A stretch of DNA of 64,000 nucleotides from Spirochaetae bacterium HGW-Spirochaetae-1 (lineage in GTDB: Bacteria > Spirochaetota > UBA4802 > UBA5550): assembly GCA_002839375.1 (NCBI GenBank), contig PGXY01000004.1, forward strand, positions 51,612-115,611, written 5' to 3'. This document shows, one piece after another, positions 48,295-58,342 of this stretch. The position numbers and the translations under genes were made by a program. Positions within the stretch are counted from its first letter, which is position 1. Each line of letters starts with the position of its first letter. Under the pieces are notes generated by a model. That model had not been told where the DNA came from and did no database searches. It saw only the letters and a list, made by a program, of their open reading frames with translations.

Positions 48295-48412
48295 CTCTCT
48301 CCTTGGAGTACCGGGGCATGCTTATCTGACGATTTGTGAATGATCCTGCATATTATTTCAAGAATAATTCGAGACAGGTAAAAAGAAACGAATGCTTTGT
48401 CCCTAGACCCGA

Positions 48413-48452
48413 CAGAAAAAAGGCGGTTCCCTCTTAAGAAGAAACCGCCTTT
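48413..48452 (-). terminator. Rho-independent terminator of the small gene at 48482-48646
   Basis: On the minus strand, GGCGGTTTC..loop..GGAACCGCC is followed by TTTTTT. Confidence 0.55.
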
Positions 48453-48481
48453 CATATATTTTATTGCCGTTATGTGACTAT

Positions 48482-48646
48482 TTACACGTCGAGTCCCCAG
48501 TCATCGTGACAGGCATCGTCATCGTGTGCAGTCCGAATCATCTCGGGATGAGGAGCCGTACTGCAGTTATCCAGGGCAAGCTGGTCCTTTATATTTTCGT
48601 CATTGCTGACTCGCCCCCGGTTTCCGGGATAAATTTTTTGTATCAT
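48482..48646 (-). CDS. small acidic Cys/His-containing protein (54 aa), unknown function
   Basis: Strong AAGGAGG SD 5 nt upstream of the ATG (MIQKIYPGNRGRVSNDENIKDQLALDNCSTAPHPEMIRTAHDDDACHDDWGLDV). Has its own terminator. Confidence 0.45.
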   Translation of the reverse strand: MIQKIYPGNRGRVSNDENIKDQLALDNCSTAPHPEMIRTAHDDDACHDDWGLDV

Positions 48647-48716
48647 ACAAACCTCCTTATTCAAATCACAACCCTGTCTGAAAATCTTCCCACAGTCTAA
48701 ACCACAAACAGAAAAT

Positions 48717-48764
48717 AATACTTAATTGTTAAGTATTTTATATAATACTTAACAATTAAGTATT
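48717..48764. promoter_or_regulatory. 48-bp double palindrome (two 21-bp palindromes AATACTTAA-N3-TTAAGTATT separated by TTATAT)
   Basis: Read directly from the sequence. Overlaps a TATAAT-like hexamer. Lies 70 nt upstream of the small gene and 160 nt upstream of mscS on the other strand. Confidence 0.45.
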
Positions 48765-48925
48765 CGTCAATAAAAAATATAACCCATATCCACCATGTTT
48801 TGAAAAAATTTCTTGATATAGCCGCATTGTACCTCAATACTATGGACATGATGTTCCCTTCAATGCATGCTGTAATCCTGCATGATACTTAAATTATTAA
48901 ATAATCGGGAAGGAGCAAACCTGAG

Positions 48926-49987
48926 ATGCAACAATACATGGATCTACTGACATCAAAAATAATTCTGGGAAACACATTGTGGGAATATCTGTGTTCCCTG
49001 TGTATCTTTATCGCCGGTCTTGTCATTGTGATCGCCATAAAGTTCATTCTTTTTAAAAGGCTGGCCAGCTGGGCAAAAAAAACCAACACACCTTATGATG
49101 ACATCATCGCGAAAAATATGCGGGGGAAAATAATGCCTCTCCTTTATTTCGCTGCCTTCTATATAAGCATCATACGCCTGAATATCAACGAAAATATCAA
49201 CAGGGTCCTTAACGTGGCGGTTCTGGCACTGTTCATCTTCTTTTCCGTACGTTTTATCATGTCCGTGGTCATCTTCTGGTTCGAACATTACTGGGAACGC
49301 AATGAAGATGATTCCTCGAGAAAGAGTATCGCCATGGCCATGACTGCCATCTTTAAAGTCGTATTGTGGTCCACGGCTATCCTCATCTTTCTTGACAATC
49401 TTGGAATAAAGATTTCGGCCATCATAGCAGGAATGGGTATCGGCGGCGTTGCCGTGGCCTTCGCGGCCCAGGCCCTCCTGGGAGATATCTTCAGTTATTT
49501 TTCAATTCTGCTGGACCACCCCTTCGAAATCGGCGACTTCATCATCGTGGAAAATCACATGGGGACGGTTGAGTACATCGGCATTAAAACAACCCGGCTG
49601 CGGAGCCTCAACGGTGAGCAGCTCATCTTTTCCAACACGGATCTCACCGGATCACGCCTTCAGAATTATAAAAGGATGGAGCGCCGCCGCGTCAAGTTCA
49701 GGTTCGGCGTCACTTATGAAACAACGGTTGAACAGCTGAAGGAGATACCGGCAATTGTGAAAGGAATAATTGAAACAATTGAAATGACTGATTTTGACAG
49801 AACCCACTTCCTTGAATACGGTGACTTCAGCCTTAACTTCGAAGTTGTCTACTATGTAAATAGCAGCGAGTACAATGTCTATTGTGACATACAGCAGGAA
49901 ATAAACCTGAAACTAAAGGAAGAACTGGACGGAAGAAAAGTGGAGTTCGCCTATCCCACCAGCACCGTCTATGTAAAGAAATCATGA
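48926..49987 (+). CDS. mechanosensitive ion channel (MscS family)
   Basis: Three N-terminal TM helices, then the MscS beta domain (GDFIIVENHMGTVEYIGIKTTRLRSLNGEQLIFSN). Confidence 0.8.
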   Translation: MQQYMDLLTSKIILGNTLWEYLCSLCIFIAGLVIVIAIKFILFKRLASWAKKTNTPYDDIIAKNMRGKIMPLLYFAAFYISIIRLNINENINRVLNVAVLALFIFFSVRFIMSVVIFWFEHYWERNEDDSSRKSIAMAMTAIFKVVLWSTAILIFLDNLGIKISAIIAGMGIGGVAVAFAAQALLGDIFSYFSILLDHPFEIGDFIIVENHMGTVEYIGIKTTRLRSLNGEQLIFSNTDLTGSRLQNYKRMERRRVKFRFGVTYETTVEQLKEIPAIVKGIIETIEMTDFDRTHFLEYGDFSLNFEVVYYVNSSEYNVYCDIQQEINLKLKEELDGRKVEFAYPTSTVYVKKS

Positions 49988-50033
49988 TTCACGACTCTAC
50001 GATGCGGGACAATGTCGCGAAGAAAACCGTGTT

Positions 50034-51083
50034 CTATTCATCGCCGAAGAGCGATTCCTGAATATTGTCCCGGTTCATGGACGAGACGGGTATCCCCAGA
50101 TGTTTGTATGCCATGGATGTGGCGACCCGTCCCCGGGGCGTACGCTTGAGCAGGCCTATCTGCACCAGGAACGGTTCATAATAGTCTTCCAGGGTATCAG
50201 TCTCCTCGCCCACGGAAATGGCGATGGTCTTCAGGCCCACGGGCCCGCCGCTGTATTTTTCTATAATGACAGACAGTATCTTTCTGTCCATATCGTCCAG
50301 ACCCAGTTCATCAATATCGAGACGCTCCAGGGCATAACGGGTTATATCGATACCTACGGATTCGCAGCTCTGCACCACGGAAAAATCCACGACGCGTTTC
50401 AGGAGTCTGTTCACGATACGGGGAGTCCTTCTTGCCCTTCGCGCTATTTCCAGCGCGGCATCGTCCTCGATGGTGCACCCCAGTATGCGGGCCGAACGCC
50501 GGGCTATAATCCGTAACTCCTCGGGAGAGTAATAATCAAGACGCAGGGGGATGCCGAAACGGTCACGCAGCGCCGAGGTGAGAAGCCCGGTTCTGGTGGT
50601 TGCACCCACCAGGGTAAAAGGGGCCAGGTTAATCTTGATGCTCTTGGCTCCCACGCCCTGCCCCACGACAATATCAATGGTCCTGTCTTCCATGGCCGGA
50701 TAGAGAATCTCCTCAATGGCAGGTGAAAGCCGGTGAATCTCATCTATGAAAAGAACGTCGTTCTCCTCGAGGTTCGTGAGGATCGACGCGAGATCCCCGG
50801 CCTTGTCAATGATGGGCGCCGATGTGGCCCTGAGATTGACTCCCAGTTCATGCGCGATGATGAAGGCAAGCGTCGTTTTCCCCAGACCCGGAGGACCGGC
50901 GAGAAGTACATGGTCCAGAGGTTCCTTCCTCATCTTGGCCGATTCCACGAAGACCTTGAGATTTTCAGTGATTTTTTTCTGCCCGATGAATTCTTCCAGT
51001 ATGGACGGGCGCAGGGATCTGTCCTGATCCAGGTCATCCTCGGTCAATTTTGTCGTGCTGACGATACGGGAAATATCATCCAT
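50034..51083 (-). CDS. ruvB: Holliday junction branch migration helicase RuvB
   Basis: [14 protein letters not shown]..., [10 protein letters not shown], and the RuvB C-terminal winged helix. Confidence 0.9.
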   Translation of the reverse strand: MDDISRIVSTTKLTEDDLDQDRSLRPSILEEFIGQKKITENLKVFVESAKMRKEPLDHVLLAGPPGLGKTTLAFIIAHELGVNLRATSAPIIDKAGDLASILTNLEENDVLFIDEIHRLSPAIEEILYPAMEDRTIDIVVGQGVGAKSIKINLAPFTLVGATTRTGLLTSALRDRFGIPLRLDYYSPEELRIIARRSARILGCTIEDDAALEIARRARRTPRIVNRLLKRVVDFSVVQSCESVGIDITRYALERLDIDELGLDDMDRKILSVIIEKYSGGPVGLKTIAISVGEETDTLEDYYEPFLVQIGLLKRTPRGRVATSMAYKHLGIPVSSMNRDNIQESLFGDE

Positions 51084-51110
51084 GGTAAATGGGTGTTCCT
51101 CTGAGATTTA

Positions 51111-51578
51111 TTATTTGTTAATCTTGAAATTTTTAATTGTTTTAAGAATCGATTCGGCCGTCTTGAGCGAGGCGATCTTCTCACGCAGTTCTTCATCGCC
51201 CATCACCTTTGCTATGTTGGCAAGAGACTTGATGTGCTGGGAAAGCTTGTTTTTAGGTACCAGGAGGAGAATCACTATTCTGACCGGATTGTTGTCAATA
51301 GAGTCAAAATCAATCCCCTTCTGGCTGATAGCCAGAATAATTATTATATCCGATACTCTTGCGGTCGTGCAATGGGGAATGGCCACACCGTTGCCGATGC
51401 CGGTGCTCATGGATTTTTCACGCTCCACAAGAGCCATCTTTATCTCTTCGCTGTCGGCGGAGGATATTTCCCTGTTCTTCACTGCCAGATCAACCATCTC
51501 ATCGATCAATTCCCACTTGTTCTTTGATCTGGCTTTGACGAGTATATTTATTTTTTTCAGGCTTTCAGCTAAAACCAT
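51111..51578 (-). CDS. ptsN: PTS EIIA-Ntr-type nitrogen regulatory protein
   Basis: GIGNGVAIPH active-site His motif of fructose/mannitol-type EIIA. 155 aa. Confidence 0.7.
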   Translation of the reverse strand: MVLAESLKKINILVKARSKNKWELIDEMVDLAVKNREISSADSEEIKMALVEREKSMSTGIGNGVAIPHCTTARVSDIIIILAISQKGIDFDSIDNNPVRIVILLLVPKNKLSQHIKSLANIAKVMGDEELREKIASLKTAESILKTIKNFKINK

Positions 51579-51795
51579 ATGATTTAAACTTGGTTACCGT
51601 CTGGATTTATCGTAATTGAACAGTCAAAAATATTATTAGGTAAATCTACAGATAGTCATAGATTAAGTCAAGCCCTATTAGTGAGGCTTTACAGGGATAT
51701 TCCTAATTTCATATTTTTAAGCCTGCGGTTGATACATCGCGCAGACGTGCCGGCCGATGTTCAAGAATCGGTTATAGCCGGTAATAACTCTGCAC

Positions 51796-52344
51796 TTAAA
51801 ATGTAAGAGGGAAAAACGCCGGCCACACCAGGGCATCCAGGAGGGCTGTCTGCACACAAAACGCAATGGATCCAATAACGGCCGGTATATATGCCCATAA
51901 GGGGGCACGGGGCCGCACTGAAAACAATGCCGCAAGCATGCCCGCGGAACCGATTCCCACAGCGGCAAGCACAACACGGATGGCTACCCATGTAACAAGC
52001 GAAGGCTGCTCCAGCATTATAAAAGTGAGGGGCATCCACAGGGCCGACGGGGCCAGGATGAGTATATACAGCGCATTAAACAGGACGTAAGAAAAACGGC
52101 CTGCTATTTTAACTTCATCAGCATTCAGACGAAATAAGATAAACCAGGTAAAAAGCAAATACCCCGTCGCAGCGGAAAACATTGATATGGTATACAAGGG
52201 CATAATAGCTGCCGGCACTTCCCCCCATAACAGCGGACCCGCTTCAGGATGAGCCTGTAATCCCTGTATATAGCTGAAGAGGACAGCGATCCCGCCAACA
52301 ATATTAACAACGAGGAGATATTTTTTTTGACTATGTAATGACAT
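51796..52344 (-). CDS. hypothetical integral membrane protein
   Basis: 182 aa, about 6 TM. ORF only. Confidence 0.4.
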   Translation of the reverse strand: MSLHSQKKYLLVVNIVGGIAVLFSYIQGLQAHPEAGPLLWGEVPAAIMPLYTISMFSAATGYLLFTWFILFRLNADEVKIAGRFSYVLFNALYILILAPSALWMPLTFIMLEQPSLVTWVAIRVVLAAVGIGSAGMLAALFSVRPRAPLWAYIPAVIGSIAFCVQTALLDALVWPAFFPLTF

Positions 52345-52412
52345 GGCTTTCCTCCATTTTTATTCGTTATATTTCTTCCCTCATGTCCACAGAGCAAACC
52401 TGTCTTTATGGA

Positions 52413-53117
52413 TCAGGGATACCGATAGTATATATCAACAACAGGGTTTTCCAGCTTTCCATTCACTCTTCGTGTTAAAAGACTCTTCCCGTGAATCTCC
52501 AGCATTCTTTTCGTCTTCACATCCAGAACAAGATCAACGGGGTCCACAAGCAATCGCAGAAAATAATTGGCGATCTTCATTTTTAACACGATAACCCCAT
52601 CCCGTGCGTATGGTGACTGCGGATCGGCTATCAGTTGAAACATGGCAACCCTCTGGAGGCTCATGGCCGGTAGATTGAAGTATACCGGTTTTCCCGCTGT
52701 CAGGGCGTCCCAGTTTTTCACTATAAAATCCGTGAGCGTGGGGCCCATCACTATATTTTCAGTGAATGCCGATTCTCTGCTGCCGCCATCTCCCCTCGTA
52801 AAGCTGAAAACAATTGTATCCTGGCGACGCACAAGAGTGCATCCGCACGGGCTGTCGGGCATTTCCACCGTATAAGCTGCCAGTTTGCCTTTTACATAGA
52901 CAACTTCTTCCAGTGCGGACAGCTCTCCTGAAGGAGTCGTGTAAATATGCCGCAGAATAGTTTTTTCGCCATCCCTTTCCCTGTCGTTTCTCTGTTTAAA
53001 AATCAGGAGTCCCTTGTTGGTGCCCTGGAGGTACACATCCCCCTCGAAAATATCCTCGGCGTGCAGGGGATACGCCGCGATAAGAATGATGCATAGGGCA
53101 AAGATATTAATTTTCAT
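52413..53117 (-). CDS. hypothetical secreted protein
   Basis: Signal peptide MKINIFALCIILIAAYPLHA. 234 aa. Confidence 0.45.
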   Translation of the reverse strand: MKINIFALCIILIAAYPLHAEDIFEGDVYLQGTNKGLLIFKQRNDRERDGEKTILRHIYTTPSGELSALEEVVYVKGKLAAYTVEMPDSPCGCTLVRRQDTIVFSFTRGDGGSRESAFTENIVMGPTLTDFIVKNWDALTAGKPVYFNLPAMSLQRVAMFQLIADPQSPYARDGVIVLKMKIANYFLRLLVDPVDLVLDVKTKRMLEIHGKSLLTRRVNGKLENPVVDIYYRYP

Positions 53118-53145
53118 GTCAGCTCCTTCATCGTTATAAATCCAG

Positions 53146-53682
53146 TCACTTGTCCTTATGCTCCCACTTCTGCGGGACCATTTTTATTTTGGCCGTATCA
53201 TACCCCATGTCGGAAATTTTTTTAATGATAGCCTGTAAATCATCGCTGGATATTGTCGGAGTCCGCGCCATGATCCATACATAATCAAGTTTTGACCGTC
53301 CGATTACCGTCTGACTGTAATCATCATTCAGATGGACGATAAGATACTCCGACTTGAAAGGCCAGATAAACTGCATATCCCAGACCGCATTGGACTTATC
53401 ATCACGCACAAAACCGCGGGGATTGTATGTTTTCAGGGGACCGTCATAAGCTCCTTTATGAAAGGTGAATGTTGTTGCAATGGTTCCGTCCGTATCGAGC
53501 CTGTATGATTCTATGGCATTATAGGCATCCTTTTCAAGAAACGTAGGAATATTCGCGATGACATACCAGGGCCCCATGAAACGGGGTAGGTCCACATCAG
53601 GAACCGTTTTGAGTGAAGGGGTATTGGTACACATAAGCATTCCCAGTAAGGGGAACAATAATACTAGTCCTGTCTTCTTCAT
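53146..53682 (-). CDS. blc: bacterial lipocalin (Blc-like outer-membrane lipoprotein)
   Basis: Lipobox LMCT. GPWYVIANIP is the lipocalin SCR1 motif (GxW). Confidence 0.8.
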   Translation of the reverse strand: MKKTGLVLLFPLLGMLMCTNTPSLKTVPDVDLPRFMGPWYVIANIPTFLEKDAYNAIESYRLDTDGTIATTFTFHKGAYDGPLKTYNPRGFVRDDKSNAVWDMQFIWPFKSEYLIVHLNDDYSQTVIGRSKLDYVWIMARTPTISSDDLQAIIKKISDMGYDTAKIKMVPQKWEHKDK

Positions 53683-53783
53683 CTTCTTCCTCCTCTTTTT
53701 TTCATCCTGCTCTATGACGAATATTTCTTTTCCCTTAAATCACTGATTTTAATTTCTAATTTTTCTACAATACAAGGTTGATC

Positions 53784-56393
53784 TCAATTAGTAATTGAAT
53801 TGTTGTTTTGTCCGCCCTCCATCAACTTCCGTATCTTACCGATTATTTCATCAACCTGTATCGGTTTTGAAATATAGTCGTTGAATCCTTTTTCGAGGTA
53901 ATAATCCATGGAGCCCTTCATGGCATCGGCTGTCAGTGCGATGATGGGAACACCGCCGTCCATCTCCCTGATTCTTTTCATAGTCTCGATACCGTCAATC
54001 CCGGGCAGGTGGATATCCATGAGTATCAGGTCCGGTTTTTCATTCCTGGTTTTTTCAACCCCTTCCTCGCCGTTACCGGCGCTGATGACCTGTATGCCCC
54101 TGTTCTCCAGTATCGCCTTTATCAGTTTCATATTAACCCGGTTATCCTCAACCACCAGGGCGAGACACTTCTGCATTTCTCCCGATAATTCTCTGATGCA
54201 GTAGGTATCATCCCCGGCATACATTTCATCTTGAGGCTGATCGCTCACATTACCCGGACTGACGGCAACGGGCAGTCTGATAGTAAATGAACTTCCCTTG
54301 TCAGGAGCACTGTCCACCTTGACCCGACCGCCATGCAGTTCGATGAGCTCCTTTGATATGGCCAGCCCCAGGCCTGTTCCCTCATGGAGTCCCATATGTA
54401 ACTGCTCAAAGTACTGAAAAATCCTTTCCTGGTTTTCTTCAGCTATGCCGATCCCCTGATCCCAGACAACAATCTCAATATCTTCATTTTTCCGTCTTGC
54501 CGAAATGCCGATATTCTTGCCGCTGTCTGTGAACTTTATAGCGTTTGATATGAGGTTATAGAGTATCTGTTTGATCCTGACAGGATCGGCATAGATTATA
54601 TCTATCCCCTCGCCAATGGATAATTCCATCTTAAGTTCCTTCTGTTCAAGCAGAACACCGATCTTACGGGGAAATTCGGACAGGAGCTTTCTCAAGTCAA
54701 AATACCTTTTCCTGAGCTCCAGCCGGCCGGCCTCAATCTTAGAAAGATCAAGCAGATCGTTGACCATTTCAAGCAGGTGTTCACCGCTGTTGTTTATATA
54801 GGCAAGAAACTCCTTCTGCTCCTGATTAAGATGACCGACACTCTCCATCTGAAGGAGCTGGCTGAAACCGAGTATGGAATTCAGGGGCGTCCGCAGTTCA
54901 TGACTCATGTTAGTCAACAGCTGACTCTTGGCCATATTTGCCTTCTCCGCCTCCTCCTTTGCCCGGAGGAGCCTCTTTTCCGACTGTATATGTTCGAAAG
55001 CATTGACCAGTATATCACTGATGATCCTGATAAACAACAGAAAATCATCGGACCATGATTCGGGCCGGCTGATCCTGTCAAAACCCAGAACTCCCTTCAG
55101 GGAACCGGCATAGATCATGGGAGTGCAGATAAAATCCGTATCATGGCCCGGCCTGGTTCCGGCTTTTTCTCCTTCATCGGTGCGGAAAATTTCATTATTG
55201 GAAAATATATTGATGCTGCTGAATTCATGCAATTTGGCTGTCAGCCAGGGTATATTCTCGATACGGGCATTTTCCAGCATGCCCTTCTGGCAGAGTTCCC
55301 CGACACGGCACCATTCATAAATCTTCTCGATTTTTTGGCCATCGCGGTCGAAGAGCAGCACATAACTCCGGTCGGCATTCACGAAATCGCCGATTATATG
55401 CAGGGCCTGTTCAATGGCATCGTCAAAACCTGCCGAGGATATATTGATGAAATGCGTTGATATGGCTGTTATGAGATTATCAAGCTCCAGCCGATACTGC
55501 AGGACACGTTCCATCCGCTTTCGGTCTGTTATATCCCGCGATATCCCCTGTAGTGCCACGGGATTTCCCTGGTGGTCACGGAGAAATTTTATCGTCATTT
55601 CAAGCCAGATGGTCGTCCCGTTCTTTTTATATGCCTGCAGTTCCATGCAGACAGTCCGGTCCGCTTCCCTCTCGCCTTTTATATCCTTTTCAAATTCGTC
55701 CTGTATTTTCTTCAGCAGCCTGTGCATCGATTCCGGCGGAAATTTTGCCTCCAGGGAAAGGGCCTTGGCCTCTTCAACCGACATCCCCCTGATTGTTTCC
55801 ACGGAAGGGCTGATATAAACGGTTTTCATTTCAGCCAGGTCAAAGATCCATATGATATCGGTAACATTTTCAGTTATGAGCTTGTACAGGCTTTCACTTT
55901 CCTGGAGGGCCCTCTGGGCCTGTTTCAGGCTGCTGATATCCCGGCTGATCCCCTGAAGGGCATAGGGTTTCCCCATGGCATCACGGATGAATTTCACCCT
56001 CACATCAACGGGAATCCGTGTTCCTGTTTTATGTATAAGCACAGTCTCAATGACATAGACCCGTTCCGGATCGGCAGTGCCGTGTTTTTCAGCCTCAAGC
56101 TCCGTTTTCAGGATATCCAGTAGCCGCTGAAGTTCATCGTGAGCCACCAGGTCCGTGACCAGCATCGTATATGCTTCTTCGGGCGTATAACCGAATATTT
56201 TTTCAATGGACTGTGAGACGAGGATATATTTAAGCGTGGCAATCTCAACAATCCAGATCACATCCGTGAGATTGTTTTCCATGATGTGATACAGGTCCAG
56301 CCGTTTATTTACATCACTAAGTTCATGGCCGGGAACCGGTGACACCGGTTTCGCCTGTCGGAGGGCCTTTCTTATTTTTGTAAATATTCTCAC
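53784..56393 (-). CDS. hybrid sensor histidine kinase / response regulator with multiple PAS domains and a GAF-like domain
   Basis: Repeated PAS linkers (GISRDIS.LK.A, GISRDITDRKR). H-box MSHELRTPLN, N/G boxes, and a C-terminal receiver domain (DDTYCIREL...LVVEDN...D...). Confidence 0.85.
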   Translation of the reverse strand: MRIFTKIRKALRQAKPVSPVPGHELSDVNKRLDLYHIMENNLTDVIWIVEIATLKYILVSQSIEKIFGYTPEEAYTMLVTDLVAHDELQRLLDILKTELEAEKHGTADPERVYVIETVLIHKTGTRIPVDVRVKFIRDAMGKPYALQGISRDISSLKQAQRALQESESLYKLITENVTDIIWIFDLAEMKTVYISPSVETIRGMSVEEAKALSLEAKFPPESMHRLLKKIQDEFEKDIKGEREADRTVCMELQAYKKNGTTIWLEMTIKFLRDHQGNPVALQGISRDITDRKRMERVLQYRLELDNLITAISTHFINISSAGFDDAIEQALHIIGDFVNADRSYVLLFDRDGQKIEKIYEWCRVGELCQKGMLENARIENIPWLTAKLHEFSSINIFSNNEIFRTDEGEKAGTRPGHDTDFICTPMIYAGSLKGVLGFDRISRPESWSDDFLLFIRIISDILVNAFEHIQSEKRLLRAKEEAEKANMAKSQLLTNMSHELRTPLNSILGFSQLLQMESVGHLNQEQKEFLAYINNSGEHLLEMVNDLLDLSKIEAGRLELRKRYFDLRKLLSEFPRKIGVLLEQKELKMELSIGEGIDIIYADPVRIKQILYNLISNAIKFTDSGKNIGISARRKNEDIEIVVWDQGIGIAEENQERIFQYFEQLHMGLHEGTGLGLAISKELIELHGGRVKVDSAPDKGSSFTIRLPVAVSPGNVSDQPQDEMYAGDDTYCIRELSGEMQKCLALVVEDNRVNMKLIKAILENRGIQVISAGNGEEGVEKTRNEKPDLILMDIHLPGIDGIETMKRIREMDGGVPIIALTADAMKGSMDYYLEKGFNDYISKPIQVDEIIGKIRKLMEGGQNNNSITN

Positions 56394-56544
56394 GATTACC
56401 TGATTTTACTATACCTGTCATTTTCCGGGAAAATCGAAGGATATATCTATTTCATACTAAAGGGGTTCGGTGGTTAAAATCAAACATTATTACGCGTTTC
56501 GAAAATTTTTTCATTCACGAAGAGATCAGACTCCCTTCCGGGGA

Positions 56545-57318
56545 TTAAGGATTAAGAAGAGGATAATACCGGTCATGAATACGCTCCACGGCAATGGGAC
56601 GTTCAAAGAGCATGGTAAGAGATTCACCGGTAATTCCTTCTCCCGTATTTCCGCAAAAAAATTGCTCCCCGTTTTTCAATATATATGTCCGGGTAAAAAG
56701 AGGAAGTATCTCTTCAATATGATGCGTCACATACAATATTGAAGAATTACCCAGGGCATCAATTTTCTTAATGGCCTCCAGCAGATCCTCGCGGGCACCG
56801 ATATCGAGCCCCTTCGAGGGCTCATCAAGGATGAGCAGTTCCGGTTCATTGATGATGGCCCTGAGCATAATGATCTTCTGTTTCTCACCATCGGAAAGCA
56901 CACCAAAGGGTTCATTCACCCGGAGATCCATTCCCACAAGGCCGAGAAGGTCCCTGGCATAGCCGCGGTCACTGTACTCAGCCTCTTCATACAGTCCCAC
57001 CGAAGCAAATATCCCGCTCAGAACGACATCAATAATTTTTTCATGGGGACTGAACTTCTCCCGAAGCGGCGTGCCCACGTACCCGATGCGTTTTCTCAAT
57101 TCACGGATATCATTTCCCGCAGACGAATCACCAAACCGATATACCACGCCCCTGCTGGGAAACTGGTAGCCCGTGATTATTTCCAGGAGCCTGGTTTTCC
57201 CGGCCCCGTTCCTTCCAAACAGAACCCAGTTTTCACCGCGTTGTATATGCCATGATATATCCCTGAGAATGAATTTCCCTTCCGCGGTATGCAAAGATAC
57301 ATCTTCAATTCTGATCAT
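56545..57318 (-). CDS. solitary ABC-type ATPase (ModF/YlmA-like, no adjacent permease)
   Basis: Walker A GRNGAGKTRLL, signature LSDGEKQK, Walker B LLILDEPSKGLD. Confidence 0.75.
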   Translation of the reverse strand: MIRIEDVSLHTAEGKFILRDISWHIQRGENWVLFGRNGAGKTRLLEIITGYQFPSRGVVYRFGDSSAGNDIRELRKRIGYVGTPLREKFSPHEKIIDVVLSGIFASVGLYEEAEYSDRGYARDLLGLVGMDLRVNEPFGVLSDGEKQKIIMLRAIINEPELLILDEPSKGLDIGAREDLLEAIKKIDALGNSSILYVTHHIEEILPLFTRTYILKNGEQFFCGNTGEGITGESLTMLFERPIAVERIHDRYYPLLNP

Positions 57319-58342
57319 TTTTCCCGGCCTTCTTCCCCAGGAGATAACCGCTCACCAGGTAATAATTGATTTTGTCATAGAAAAATATAATTCTGTTGTT
57401 TATTTCCAGCGTTGTGTAAATGTCCAGGGGCGCGTGGAGAATCCGCTCCCGGACCACATGCAGCCAGATCGATTTTCTGCTCAGGGCCAGTGCCGTCAGC
57501 AGGGATGGCAGGGGAACCCCCTCCCTGAACATGGAAAGTCCGTATTCGGCAAACTCCTCAAGGCCCAGTGTATCCGATTCTCTCCCCAGCCAGAACTGTA
57601 TGGTCCTCACCACGCTCCTGTTGAGATCCAGGAGCAGACCGGAAAAAGGGGCCAGGTCAGGAAGAAGCGCCTTCACCTCGTTCATCCAGTGCCGTGAAAT
57701 CTCATTCATGCGCTTGCCGATAATCTGGATGAGCACCTGGGACAGGAATTCCTGCTGCTTCCGGGAATCGCTGTTGGCTGCCGGCAGTACGGTTTTATCA
57801 TCGAGCAGATCCTTTACAGCATCGGCCATCTTCCAAAGATCATGGTAGAGGTCCAGATATTTCTTTACGGCCTTTGTATTGGATGTCCAGGCCAATTCCG
57901 GAATGGCGTTGATGGGGAAGTACCGGGCATCGAGGGCGTCATCGCCGGGAGAAAGAAGCCCGCCGGTAGCATGTACCTCGTAAGCCACGATGACCAGGCT
58001 GCCATAAAAATCGTTATCGACGGTATCAACATCGATGAGCCTTATAACTTCTCCGGTTATACCCGTTTCCTCTTCCAGTTCCCTGAGGGCTGCCTCATGT
58101 ACCTCTTCATCTGATTCGGCGAACCCCATGGGCAGACACCACATGTCCTTGTAGGGGTCCTTCTTTCGTTTTACCAGAAGAAGCTCCCTTTCTTCATTGA
58201 TGACTATGGAGCTGGCCACGGGCAGGGGATTCTCATAGAATATCGTTCCGCAGGTCCCGCAGACGTTCCTGACCTTGCCGTCGGCATCTTTCCGGATAAC
58301 AGGGTTTCCGCAGTAATCACAAAATTGCTTTTTCTTTTTCAT
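57305..58342 (-). CDS. Zn-ribbon plus NUDIX hydrolase fused to a C-terminal helical domain (RsbRD-N-like?)
   Basis: N-terminal CDYCGN...CGTCG. The Nudix box is GFAESDEEVHEAALRELEEETG. The C-terminal roughly 190 aa is not assignable with certainty. Overlaps both flanking genes (4 and 14 nt). Confidence 0.6.
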   Translation of the reverse strand: MKKKKQFCDYCGNPVIRKDADGKVRNVCGTCGTIFYENPLPVASSIVINEERELLLVKRKKDPYKDMWCLPMGFAESDEEVHEAALRELEEETGITGEVIRLIDVDTVDNDFYGSLVIVAYEVHATGGLLSPGDDALDARYFPINAIPELAWTSNTKAVKKYLDLYHDLWKMADAVKDLLDDKTVLPAANSDSRKQQEFLSQVLIQIIGKRMNEISRHWMNEVKALLPDLAPFSGLLLDLNRSVVRTIQFWLGRESDTLGLEEFAEYGLSMFREGVPLPSLLTALALSRKSIWLHVVRERILHAPLDIYTTLEINNRIIFFYDKINYYLVSGYLLGKKAGKNDQN

